A model generated the notes under the pieces. It was not told the DNA's origin. It saw nothing but the letters and a program-made list of their open reading frames with translations, and did no database searches. Shown one piece after another: positions 23,699 through 36,347 of a stretch of DNA of 64,000 nt (the stretch's first letter is position 1; each line of letters begins with the position of its first letter). The stretch lies in the NCBI RefSeq assembly GCF_041146345.1, contig NW_027191405.1, positions 682,001-746,000 of the forward strand, given 5' to 3'. The DNA comes from Neodothiora populina (taxonomy: Eukaryota). The position numbers were made by a program, and so were the translations under genes.

Positions 23699-26600
23699 TG
23701 AAATTGGCAGCAGCACTGAACTCTCGATGGACTTGATGGCAATCAATTTCCTGATAGAAATTCGATTGGAAAATAACTCCCTATCTTATACCGGAGGTGG
23801 GAGTGGCAAAGGCGGACTGATTATATGACCTTCGGGGCAACACCCACTTATCTCCGCTATAATTGGCTTTCACACGTGCCAAGACTCCGGTGTTGGGCAG
23901 GATGACTCAATGAGCCGGTTTGAGACGTAGATGTCGTGGCCTGTCTTGTGAGGGGTAGGAAAGGAGTTTGAGGAGGTATTGTGAGGTAATTGTTGAAGAG
24001 AGGCGAAGCAGAATGGCAAACGAAAGAGAAAAGGGGTCGCAAAAGGCGTGTCCAAGGGATGGATGTAGAACCTGTTTTTATCACTGACATTGTGTTGCAC
24101 CACGTGTGGCCCTTACCAATCACTTGACCGGGTGGATAGATGCAAGAAACGCTACAGTACCTCTAAGGCAGCACCAATATCTAACCTACGTTAGGCCCGG
24201 ATCTGGTCGCTGACGAATTGAGATGCTCGGGCGGCGAAAGGAACGCTACCGAATTGATTCGAACATGAGTGGCAGCAGAGGTGGGTGAAGTAAGCCATTG
24301 GCCAATAAAACATGCGGCTAGGCGGTCAGTAAACTCCACCATTAGAGTCCGACGCATTGCAAATCGAGTGACCTGCTGCCTGCTGCTGCCTGTCATGCGT
24401 TGGTGGATGTTACTCTGAGTCAATGAAGACTGATGGCACAGAGTGGCGCACCCAGAATGGCGACTTGGAGAGCGCTTTGACCGCACTTTGTTTGCGGCTC
24501 TGCTGCTACGAATCCAGTCGTCATGATGCAGTACCTTTGTACACACATTATCACTTTCCCATCCTGTGCTTAATCGTCGCTATGATAATACAGAGACTTG
24601 GGACCATGTCTGTTTAATTTAATTTGCTGTCCCTTTACCTCGATGAGTTTGACACCCATGCCTCCCGCCTTTCGGTCAGAAGGGAGTGTGCAGCCCTCGT
24701 CTCGCGAGTGGAATTGATAACCCCGTGAACGTGTTTCTGCTTCTTGGCCCGGGCGAATAATTGCCGCCGAAAGCACTGCCCTCCGACCCTTACCTTACTT
24801 TACAAGGACTGGCTCATGACAGCTCACCACGCCTTGTCGTCTCTCCATTGATGGATGTTCTGTCCGCTGCTGATCTCGGAAGCACCAAGAGACCATATGA
24901 TCAACTTTGACGCTCGAACATGATTGTAGCTATCGCATAGATGGGATCAGTAGACCATTGGTGGCCGCGGCTAAGCGACCGGTCTATCATACGTGCTGGC
25001 TGGCTCTTGCTTGTTGTTCCTCCTGCGTAATGATGCATTACCCCATCAAGTCCTACTATAATCTCGGACCTTAGGGGTCTGAATAGGTCCGTTGAGGTTG
25101 CTCACCCCCCACCCGTCAGCTGTCGAGCCGAGCTGTATCACCTCACACTCCGGGCTCTCATGCTTTCAGACTGTGCAAGCAAGGGCTAATGACCTGTCAA
25201 TTGCATTCAATAGCCCGAAGAGGACCCATTGACACCGCACAAAGTCCAAGCAGAGACTTCAAGTGACTTGATGCATGGCTCCGGTTGAAAGCTATGGGGA
25301 GTGGTCTGTCGGAGGTTGAGTTTGGCACCACTTTCATGTGAAAGCCGTACGATGTGCGTCTTCCTGCATCTGTGCATCGGCGGCTGCACCCTGAACCCCA
25401 CGCGTCCCTCGCTTTGCCGCCTAAACGGGGACTGATCACACGGGCGCATCTGTTTCGATTCGTGCATCGCAGGTACTATGTAGATGCGCCCAAGCCGACT
25501 CCATCACAGCCTCGACTCATCATCTGCCCGCCTGATTGTCGATGAGTGTTTGCGAGAAAAGAGGCATTCGAAGTGTCTGCATGCATGGGCTTGAGGCGTA
25601 CAGCCCGTTTTGATGTATGACATGCTTTCTGATCTGAAATGATAACAAATCAACGTCCATTGACCCAACACCAAAGCGCCTCGTTAGAAGGATCTCAAGA
25701 ATGTGTGCCTTGTATGTGTGTGAGAAGGCCGACTGCAGATGGATGAGTAGCTTATCCCGAACGTGTCATCTGCTGCAACGCAGATCTAGCGGATTCCCTG
25801 CGTAGACCCGCCTGAAGACATTCACAACATTCAAAACGTCTGCCTCCATGCAAACAGGAGTCTGTTGGTACTACTGCTGCATCATGCATTCGAGCGCGAA
25901 GAATTGGTTGTGTCCGCCAACCCCTGGTCATGAATTGGGGGGTTTTCTTGTGCCACATGTCACTGTCCTTAAGGTCTCTCCGAATGCGCGGGTGAATCTT
26001 CTTTTGACCTGACCATCGATATAATCTTGCGACGCAGGTGCAACACAATGGCGGCAACCGCGCGCTGCTTGCCGAGCTACCTCACCTTGGCTGCCTCGCA
26101 TCAGCAATCAACGGCCGGATGCCCCTCCTGCTTGTCATGCATAGATCGTGAAAGTGGAACACATACGGTCCCTTGCCGCAGAGAAGAGGAAAGTATATTA
26201 TACAACCGCTTCTGAGCGAAGACAGAGATAGGTGGAGTCGGACAATGTACATTGTTATCTATCTGCCTTTTTGCGCCATGCCTGTCTCTCTGCACACACG
26301 ACCTCGCTCCACACCTTGCTATATTAGGAGGCGCATGTACGATGTTGCTCAATCTCGATTCAAACAGTACAGAGCGGCGATACATGCAGCCGCTATTGCG
26401 TTTACTTTTGTTATCATGAGAGTCGCGAGGCAAAGAATAGCACACTATATATTACACGGTTCACACTTGTCTGAGCCATACCTAAAGACAGACCACATGT
26501 GCAAAGTGCGAAATACAAGTGCAAGTACAACGCAGACGCAATAAGCCGTAGATGCAACAGTCGCTGTCCTGGATGTTTCTGATAATGACATAGCTGTACA

Positions 26601-27297
26601 TGCCACGATTCGAGCCTGAAGTAATTGCCCAAATGACTAAACATATAGTAGCGTACAGAACCAAAAGTACCAGTAAAGCAGCACCCCATTGTTCGCCACC
26701 ATGATCACCACCACCACCATCACCAGCCAGCCGGCCAGCCGCATAGTTATGCTAATCCAAGTACTCTGCCTCAAAGTGCCATCTTTCCATTATGTATTCC
26801 ACACTTCGGATAGCAAATCTCATTGGTCAATCTCGAATCGGGGATCGCTCCGATCCATCGCTTCTGCTGTTCTATTTGCATACCTTAATATATCATATGT
26901 AGCTGTACTGTGATTGTGTGTTTCAGAGTTTCTTTGTGCGCTTATTGGCTGGGAGGGAGGAAAGGAGGGGGCTTTTGTCTTTTGGAGCAGAGATGGAGAT
27001 ACTGTAGCTACTGTGGGATGGGGAAATTACTCTTGAGGTATTTAGTCGTTGTTTGTGCGAGAACACTACAGTGGTCGAGGGACGATATTGTGGATGCATG
27101 GAGTTGTGTGCTATCTGAATGGTCTTAGTAGACTCGGCTTTGTGATGCCGTGAAGCCATTGCCAATTCTACCTTACTGTGGATATTCCCCAATCACGATG
27201 ACTCGAAACATGTACATGTGAATGAACGATCGGTCGCATGTCCCTACAGATTCACAGATTGGATAAAGATCCAAGACGAGAAGAGCAGAAGTAGCGA

Positions 27298-28275
27298 ATG
27301 GATGCAACAATGGCGGGACCACCGCCTCGGTCCTCTCGCGCTTTCATCACATCTCTCATAACGTCTCTATCCTCGAAACCATCGAGCGCAGCCGAGTCCG
27401 GAGCAGATGGTACAAAAGGACAAGAAACAGTAATCCAACAAAACCCCTCATCGACCACAGCAAGAAACCCCGACCCTCTGAAAACCCTATCCGAAAACCA
27501 AAGAAATATCCTCCTAACCCTGCACGTACTCTTCCCCCACGAACTCCTCCCAGCTCTAGATCTTCTAGACAGAGATCTCGTCACTCGATTCACAGTAGTC
27601 GACGATCCAGCAACAGCAACGGTGTCATCTACACGAAAAAGAAACATATACTATGTGCGCTCCGCCCAACAGCAACAAGGGTCGTCGTCATACTACTCCT
27701 CGAAACGATACCGTGATGCCACTGCTAGCAATACTGCTAGTTTGAGCAACAGTAGTGGTAACAACGCAGCATCGAGCGGACCTGGACAGAAGACGTCTAC
27801 AGATCACTCCTCGAAGCACTATGAAGTCAGACCCGTAGCGTGGAGTTGTTCGTGTCCGGCGTTTGCGTTTTCTGCTTTTCCGTCGAGATTGACGACGGCA
27901 AGAACGACGGTTTGGAATGGTGGTGGCGCTGGTTCTTACGTTTGCAAAGGGACTGCTGATGTAGGTGATGAGGATGACGTTCAAGCATTCATCAACGAGG
28001 AAGGGGACGAGGCAGACGAAGAAGAGGCATGGACTGTGGGCGGACTGTCCCTCTCGCCAACAATAGCTACCAGAGGAGGAAATGGCGGCGGTGCAGCTGG
28101 GTCAGGAATCTCTGAATCAGGTGGTGGAGGAGGAGGGGCCGGAGGGGTCCCGATCTGTAAACACCTACTTGCTTGCACATTGGTTGAAAATTCAGAGCTG
28201 TTCAGCGGCTTTGTCAGGACCGAAGTGGTCGGTATTGATGATATTGTTGGGTGGGGAGCTGGGTGGGGCGGATGA
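27298..28275 (+). CDS. SWIM zinc-finger protein, Sws1/ZSWIM7 (Shu complex)-like
   Basis: LLTLHVLFPHELLPALDLLD, YEVRPVAWSCSCPAF and PICKHLLAC (CxC...CxH). Confidence 0.7.
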   Translation: MDATMAGPPPRSSRAFITSLITSLSSKPSSAAESGADGTKGQETVIQQNPSSTTARNPDPLKTLSENQRNILLTLHVLFPHELLPALDLLDRDLVTRFTVVDDPATATVSSTRKRNIYYVRSAQQQQGSSSYYSSKRYRDATASNTASLSNSSGNNAASSGPGQKTSTDHSSKHYEVRPVAWSCSCPAFAFSAFPSRLTTARTTVWNGGGAGSYVCKGTADVGDEDDVQAFINEEGDEADEEEAWTVGGLSLSPTIATRGGNGGGAAGSGISESGGGGGGAGGVPICKHLLACTLVENSELFSGFVRTEVVGIDDIVGWGAGWGG

Positions 28276-28786
28276 TGGATCAATGTTACATGAGAATTGG
28301 CGTGAAAGATTTATGATAATGTGCTTATAGGAGATGAAGGGATCAGCGACTGGATGACAATTGCACGACACGATGCTTAAAAGTTGAGGATCGTAGTCAC
28401 ATAGGCACGACGGATGTAGAGTGTGGATGCGATGTAACAACCATGTATCGAGCCGAGAACATTTGACCAAGCGCTTTTCTGACAAGTCATGGGACCGTTT
28501 GTTATGCGTGCATTTCGTGGCATCTGGATGAACAAGAGGGAGAGAAAGCCATGAGAAGCGTATCTCGACGACTCCCCGATGTTCTTCCTTTCCCTCAAGA
28601 CTCAAGAATACCCGTTCTTTTTCCTGTACATTACAATTGCACGATGTGGATCTACCTTGTTCGTTCTCATCTATGCAAGGCGCGCGCATCACGCGGGCTC
28701 CGATGGTTATAGCCCGAAGCAGCTCCAGGGGTTTGCACATGCAAGCGCAATCATGCGTCTCCCTGCGACTACAAAGATTGCCCCTT

Positions 28787-29973
28787 TCAGCCCTTCTTCT
28801 TGTCGGCGGAATCCTTGGACTTGCTCTTGTCGTCCTTGGCTTGCTCAGTAGACGAAGTACCGTTGAGGGCGAGGCTGTCCTCCTTCTTGATCCTGTCGAC
28901 CTGCTTGTCCTCCTCCTTCTTGGCCTCAATGTCATCTGCCTGCTGCTTGTTCTGGATCTTGTTCTCGATGAGATCGTGGAATGCGGTGATGGCGCGGATG
29001 AGACTGCTGAGGTAGATCGACATGAGCTGGTCGTTTGTCTTGATGCTCATTGCTCTCGAGAGCTCGGACTCTCCGTTGGTGGCGCCGTCGGCCTTTGGTG
29101 TTGATAGGTTGGGTAGCAAATTGAAGATGTCTTGGAGATTGCCTAGAATGGCGTGATTGACGGGCAGCTCTTCATCGATGACTTTCTGGAGGTATTTGCC
29201 AATGTCCTGTAATCGGAGGTGCAGCCCTTGCAATGACTGGAGTTGAGACGTTATCCGGGTAGAGAGAGTTCCAACAGCAACATCTCGAATGTCGCGCAGG
29301 AGATGCTCGACACCAATCTCTTCTGCCTCTTCGGCCTCGATTATCGATGGCGTGTGTACAAATGTCTTTGCCGTCGTGGATCCATCCTGAAATCATCATG
29401 TCAGCAAACTCAATTATCGTGAGCTCTCTCAGACACCGCCTTCTCACATCTCGAATTTCCTCGACCGCAAAGTATGCGTCTGTCGGGACGCCCACATCAC
29501 GAGGCTGGACGTCGATGATGACGAGTAGCGGGTTTGGGGTGTATCTCTTGAACAACTCGTTGACTTCCAGATCCGAGGCGCGCAACTTGGGGCCGGTGTG
29601 ATACCATCCTATCAGCTTTTCCCGCGCGTTGACTTTCTTGAACATGTCGTTCATCCCCTCGACGTAGTTGTGATCCAGAAACCATACTGATGGGTCTTTC
29701 TCGTCCTCCTCAAACGGTACTGTGCGCGGCGCCATCTCGTCAGTCTCAAAGTCGCCTCACGGTCACAGAAACCACTCAGACAAACAAACCTGCAAAACTG
29801 TTCGACACCCTCACGTTCTTTCCATCGTTCTGGCCGAGAAGCACACCGACCACTCGCTTCTTCATGCCCTTTGGCGATCGAGCATAGTGATCTGTGGCGG
29901 AGAGAAGGACTAGCGGAGCGACTGAGACGGTTCTGTTCACCAGAGAGAGAGTTTCTGCAGTGGTGGAAGGCAT
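28787..29973 (-). CDS. RPN8: 26S proteasome lid subunit Rpn8 (MPN domain, multi-exon)
   Basis: [57 protein letters not shown] and [28 protein letters not shown]. Confidence 0.95.
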
Positions 29974-30511
29974 GGCCGCCCTGTGATGCTAGATTCGATG
30001 AGAGTGATGGATCAGAGGGTGATGTGTGGACAAGTTGTGATGATTGTGGATGTCAAGTTGATACAATTGTGATTGTGAATGATGAAGCTGTTCGTTGGTT
30101 TGGCCGAGCTGTGCCTGTGACGCTGATGGCTCCGTCTTTAGTCCGTGCACTCGTCTTCCGTCTTACTGTACAACCAATACTACTAGTATTCTTTCACTTT
30201 ACAGTAAACCGGACAACATTACAAGAGGGCTATACATTCGTTTGCACATTGGAAAAATGAACAGATACATAAGGAGCAATGTAGGATTCTCTCAGCCATA
30301 TGATCCGTCATGTCTTGTCGTAAAGCGTGTCTAGTAACTACTACTGTATGTAGACAAACAAAGCAGCGACTGCAGGGCGTTAGTTCGTCAGATGGGGGGT
30401 ATCAATGAACAGCAATCAATGGGGGTGAAACGCCAATAGCTATGCATCGCTTCCCAGAAAAGAAAAGACAAGGTAAGAAATTTGAAATGTCGAGTCGGTC
30501 GGCGTCTCTGC

Positions 30512-32546
30512 CTACACCTGCAGAGCGTTCTCTTCTTCCCACCACTGTCGAAAGATCTGCAACCTGTTGGTGCGTTCTCTTGCATAACGACGTCCTGTGT
30601 CCGTCTGGAATTATGTCAGTGTGACCTTGAAATCAAACGCCGTCCGACACGCGTCTCAACACACCTTCATCATCGTCTCGAGTCTCTCGAGCTTCTCGGA
30701 GAAATGGTTGATGGCGCCCTCAAGGTCTCGGTCAGGCTGCTTTGCGCCACCAAACGCGAAACACCTACCGATGCCGATCGCACCTATTGCATCTAGTCGG
30801 TCTGCATCCTGGACGATGGCGAGCTCGGGATGCTGTTCAAGCACAGCCCGCATCATGCGCGGGTTCTTGATCTCGTTCGAGAAGGATACATTCTTGACGA
30901 TGAGCTGCACCTTCATGGCCAGCGTGGCATCGGCTCCTTGCTCGAGAAGGAACTCTGCGATTTGATTCTCCGGATTCTCACCAGGCCGAGCATACTTGTG
31001 ATCCCCAACATCATGCAGAAGTCTAGCAACGTAAGCTGGCGAAACTCTTGTTTAGCAAACACATGTACTTACGCAGCAAGCAGTACGGCTTGTGCATCAT
31101 ACTGCACACTCTGAAATTGATGCATCTGCTGCGTTTGCAATTCTTGTTGCAGGATCTGCCTGCTCAAGGCGAAGACCCTTGTGACGTGCTTGAAATCATG
31201 AGAAGCATCGTAGCGGGACATATATTCCTGTACAAATTGCTTCGTGGGATAGAAGAGATTGCTGTCTGGTGGGAATAGTCCATCCAGATCAGAGAATGCA
31301 GCAGGCTCTGTAGTCAACGAAGTCTGATCATCGACAGGTGCCGTGTAGGGCTCTGACAAAGCAGGCACCCTGGGTCGCTGCACTTTGCCGGGCAACTTAT
31401 AACGAAGGCGATACTGATCAAGCCATTCACGGTCAAGATCTGGCGGCGGTTTGCCACGATACTGCGGCATTTCTGCGTACAGGGCAAGGGCTCGTGCCTT
31501 GAGTGTGTTTCCATGTACGATCTCACCCTTGGCGATCTCGGCCATGTGCCACTCATGGAGTGCGGCCTCTAGTTCTGGCATCTTTGACGGCACCACTGCC
31601 ATCTTTGTCCTGAACGGGCCATGATTGTGATGGAACTCTTTGATCACAATGACCCATTCATCAGAAAAACGCTTCTTCTGCACGAGTATCTTCATGGGAC
31701 ATCCAGTCTTTCGGCTCATACGATTGCGGACTCTCGCTTCTGGATTGGTTTTGTGATGATCGCGCCATTTGCCACCGAGCTCACATGTCAGCAGAACCCT
31801 ATTGGTCACGTTATGCTTCAAGTAATGGTCAGCATCAATGTCACAATTGCACCATAATAAAATCCATGCAGATAAGGAAATCGCCACGGCAGGCCTCAGG
31901 GCATCCTATCGTTTTTCACTTGTGGTATAGGTCGGCACGGTATGAAAAGTCGAAGAACGACAGCTTACCTTGTCTTTGTACGAGTGGCCTACAACAAGGA
32001 CATAGCTGTTCAGCTTTGCAAAGACCTTGGCGCCGTCGATGGCTGCTTGCTTCGACTCGAAGGCCTGTGGAGGCGGAGGAGGCATTGGCAGATGGCTCAG
32101 TTCTTCATCCCACCTGGAGCGAAGCTCGGCAATACCGTCGGGAGCATTGTTGAAGGCTCTCTGCCACTCAGCCTCGGTCCAGGCAGACTTGGTGTTCCCC
32201 CCAGGTGTGAGACCTGGCTGCATGCCGGGGCTTTCAGACGTGTCATGATCCTGACTGTTCGAAGGACTATATCATGTCAACTACCAGATTCCGCCTACGC
32301 TAGATGATCAAGTACCAACGCTGGTGCAAGCGCTCTGTGAGTAGTCGGTAAAGCTGTCTGGGGCGTCACCTGTGGAGCAACAGCTACAGCTGGTGGCGCT
32401 GGAGTTGCGGCAACCAGAGTTGGGTACGTGCTGTACATATACTGAGCAAAGGGTGAGGGAGTAGCATGTTGAGCCTGCAGAGCCTGTTGACCTGGGACCT
32501 GACTCGTTGGATCACTGTTTAGCGATGGATATAACGTGTACTCCAT
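30512..32546 (-). CDS. FAR1/WRKY-GCM1 DNA-binding domain + CENP-B-type HTH + HD phosphohydrolase fusion protein (5 exons, 572 aa)
   Basis: Exons 32546-32320, 32266-31969, 31815-31073, 31022-30665 and 30604-30512 sum to 1719 nt, in frame, and every intron is GT..AG. FAR1-like C...SRKTGCPM...W...HNH; CENP-B-like [12 protein letters not shown]...LKARA...[11 protein letters not shown] motifs [17 protein letters not shown] and [11 protein letters not shown]. Confidence 0.85.
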
Positions 32547-32774
32547 GTCGACCTATAGCAAGTCCACGAAAAGTGGCGGTCGTTACCTTAACCAGTCTTG
32601 AAGCCTTCCATTTCGGACAGAGTGTAGAAAGTCAACGCAGCTCCGCCAAGAAATGTTTAATCCCCTTGGCCGAGGTCCGACTGCTTGCTCGGAGTTTGTT
32701 TAACGTCAACTCCGTAGAGCGAACATGATCGTCCCCGAAGCTCCTGTGGTATTGCGACAATAGTGAATGCTACC

Positions 32775-34077
32775 ATGGAGTTCTGCAGACAGGCGTCTCG
32801 TACGACACAGGAGATCATCTCTCTGCCTCCGAAGTGCTTGGAGAAATACAGCGACTTTGTCACGAAGAATTCAAGTGCTGTTGGGCAGATAGAAGGGGCA
32901 CTGAGGTCGCTAACATATATCATCCCTGGTATGTATGCTTTATGATCAAGAAAGATATCGCTTTACTCACATCCATCAGGTCGCTTCAGAGATACAGAAA
33001 TCGCATCCGAGTCTGGTGAGTCTGGCTTTTATACTCTGCATTTGACATGCTGCTAACGTTTTACCAGTTCACTCGGGCGTGCAACTAATCTCCCTTTATC
33101 ATGACTCTTTACTTGCGCGCGCAGTGGCCAATTTGCCGGCTCTGCAGAACCGACACCAGTCCCCTCATACTCGCTATACCCGTTTCTGGTCTCAAAACTC
33201 CTCAGCATATAAGCGAGTAGCGCTCACACTGCAAGTCATACAATATGTCGAGCTACTGTGTGAGATGGCTGCGAAACGGCGCGGCGAGAAGGCCCGCTGG
33301 CGCGCAGTCGTACTGCTGGAAGGCATCAAGGCGCTGTGTAGACTACTCCTGATGCGTCTCACACACTCACGGCCCCTTTCAAGTCCTCCCTTGCCGCAGC
33401 GTGAAGTCGATCCTAGCACCCTGGAGGAGAAGCAAGATGATGATGAGGACTCTTCGCCATCCGAGCAATCGGACGAGGCTCACTGGACAATGCCGCGCAC
33501 CGGTCTCACTCTACCAACCTTGCCTTCATCATCTGACATATCATCATATCTCCTCTCCAAGGTTCTCACCGCCGACGACGTAAAGCCTCCCAAAGCGCTG
33601 ATGCACCGAGTGAGTGGAATGGGCGAGCTTGCAGAGGTTCTTTATATTCTGCGCCCACTCATATATGCTGCTGCGATGCAATACTGGGCAAGCAAGAACA
33701 GAAAGAGCTGGCAGCCCTGGGTCCTCGGAGTCGCAGTTGAGTATGGCGCGCGTCAACTTGCGAAGAGAGATTTGCAAGAAAGGAGAGCTGGAGGCATGAG
33801 AGGTCTTACAGCACTCGAGAAGGAAGAGTTGAAGAAGAGAGGATGGGAAATGGGTTGGTGGATGATGAGAGGCGCATTCTACGAAACTTTCACCAAGTAA
33901 GTCACCCTACTGTGATGATCACGTAATTTCACTCTGCTAACTCAACTCATCAGAGCTCTAATCCATTCACTCTCGGCCAAGTTGAGGAAGAAGCCATTGC
34001 TCGACATGGTCGGAGGTATCATTGAGGACTACGAATTTCTTTGGGATCAATACTACTTCCCAACTGCGACGCTATAG
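32775..34077 (+). CDS. PEX16: Peroxisomal membrane protein Pex16 (4 exons)
   Basis: YSDFVTKNSSAVGQIEGALRSLTYIIPG|RFRDTEIASES, HTRYTRFW, WTMPRTG, LYILRPLIYA and WWMMRGAFYETFT. Confidence 0.9.
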
Positions 34078-34596
34078 ACGCGTCTATGTGAGTCAGTCTA
34101 TTTAGTGTGGTGTTTTCGGATAATGATGCTCGGTACGAAACGAACGATATCCCTGGGAGGCGGGCAGTGTATTATGCAATCAACAGGATCTAGTGACATC
34201 AGGCCATATTCGCTTCTGAACTAGCTGTGAGATCGTGTTGGGTGTCAAGTCTCTGAGTCATCACCCTGGCCACTGTGATCATTCCTCCCCTCGTACACTT
34301 CAGTCCAAATCAACAAAGGAGCGGATGATGCGATGATGTATCCGCTTTGTGATGCTCCAGGCAGATAAGACAGCCAAGCCACCGGTGTTATCAGCTTGAG
34401 GTCAAGTCCGTGCACGCTTCCCCGCCGAGTGGTCATCACTGGTGCCTGCCTTGTGACTGCCCTGTCTCCGCCGACCACCTGCGTCCGTCATCCCTACCAT
34501 TACAGACACCTACCTATACTTCACTGCCCGACTTTTGACCTCTTTCGCTTTCATCACTCCGTAGAAGCAGCCAAGACACATATCAAATCATACATC

Positions 34597-35223
<627 letters not shown>

Positions 35224-36056
35224 GTGCCCATCGAGGCATACTTCACTTCACGATGCACCATGTTCTTTGTGCGTTCAGGCGTTCGATGGGGTTCTTTGGG
35301 GATTTGATAATTGGGGATGGCAAGAAGATGCGCCGGATGCAGCTACTGCGAGTGGAGCGTCAGACAAAGCAACACAAATCAGTAGTGCTCCGAATATAAT
35401 CATCAAACTCAGACATGGATAGCTGCGTAGTCGGAATTGTTTGTCAGATTGAACTGCTTCAGTATGTCCTTATCTAGGCAATAGTAGACCTGTTGCCCCT
35501 TGCACGTGCATCATCACCGGTCAGTCTGTTCTACCTGTGCGACTCGTGGCGGTATGGCAGCCTGATGTGCAACACGCTTCGCTGCTGCTTGCCACATCCT
35601 TGAATTAGCTAAGCACTGCCTCAAGCAAGGTACAATACAGTAATATGAACCTTCCAAACACAGTATCCTTGCCCCCTAAGGTATCCTAGCTGCTTAGGTA
35701 TTATCGTAGGCTTATCTCCGTCTGAGCCGTTGCTTATTGTACTAGGGCCCGCAGAAGGTTCGGACGGGCCATACCCTTGTGGGGGGCGCCTCGGAGCTTT
35801 CGAGTACTCGACTTCCGACGCCGTCCACTTCACCTCTTGGCTGTGGCTTCTAGTTGTAGTGATTGAATATCACAAAAAGCAGCTATTAGCTGAAGACTCG
35901 AGACTCGACCAGCGCGACTACCATCTCTTTTTGAGTCTTGTATCCACGTGCTTGACAAGTCTGTATTCGAAGCATATCTACCTGCGATTCAGGCTTTAGA
36001 CACGGATACATTATTTCCAATCGCCCATTTCTTTCTCGGCTTTGCAAGAGTCCATC

Positions 36057-36347
36057 ATGTCGGCTCCTCGCTACGCCTATATCATCTCCAGGTAAGACGC
36101 CATGTGTTTGTCCTGATACTTCGACTCCGAGTCCGATCGTCACTCGTGTGATTGCAAGACAACTATGCTAACCTGTTACCGCTCACTCAGGAATCTGGAC
36201 CCAGTCTTCGCAATCTTCATCGGTATCTCCGCTACCGCTGTGCGCGTCAACAGGGACGAAAAGGACAAGGGCAAGACGCCTGCCGTCATGCTTGAAGATA
36301 TCAAGAGGAGGGTCGGCAAGGCTTTTGCTTCGGTTGGCTCTTCGTAA
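36057..36347 (+). CDS. NCE101: Non-classical export protein Nce101-like small protein (2 exons)
   Basis: MSAPRYAYIISR|NLDPVFAIFIGISATAVRVNRDE, which resembles the YLISR.LDP.FA...G signature. Confidence 0.75.

Noticed and set aside
31393..32061. Active Mutator or pogo transposon
   Set aside because: Only DNA-binding domains are present, with no DDE core or terminal repeats, and they are in frame with a host-type HD enzyme.
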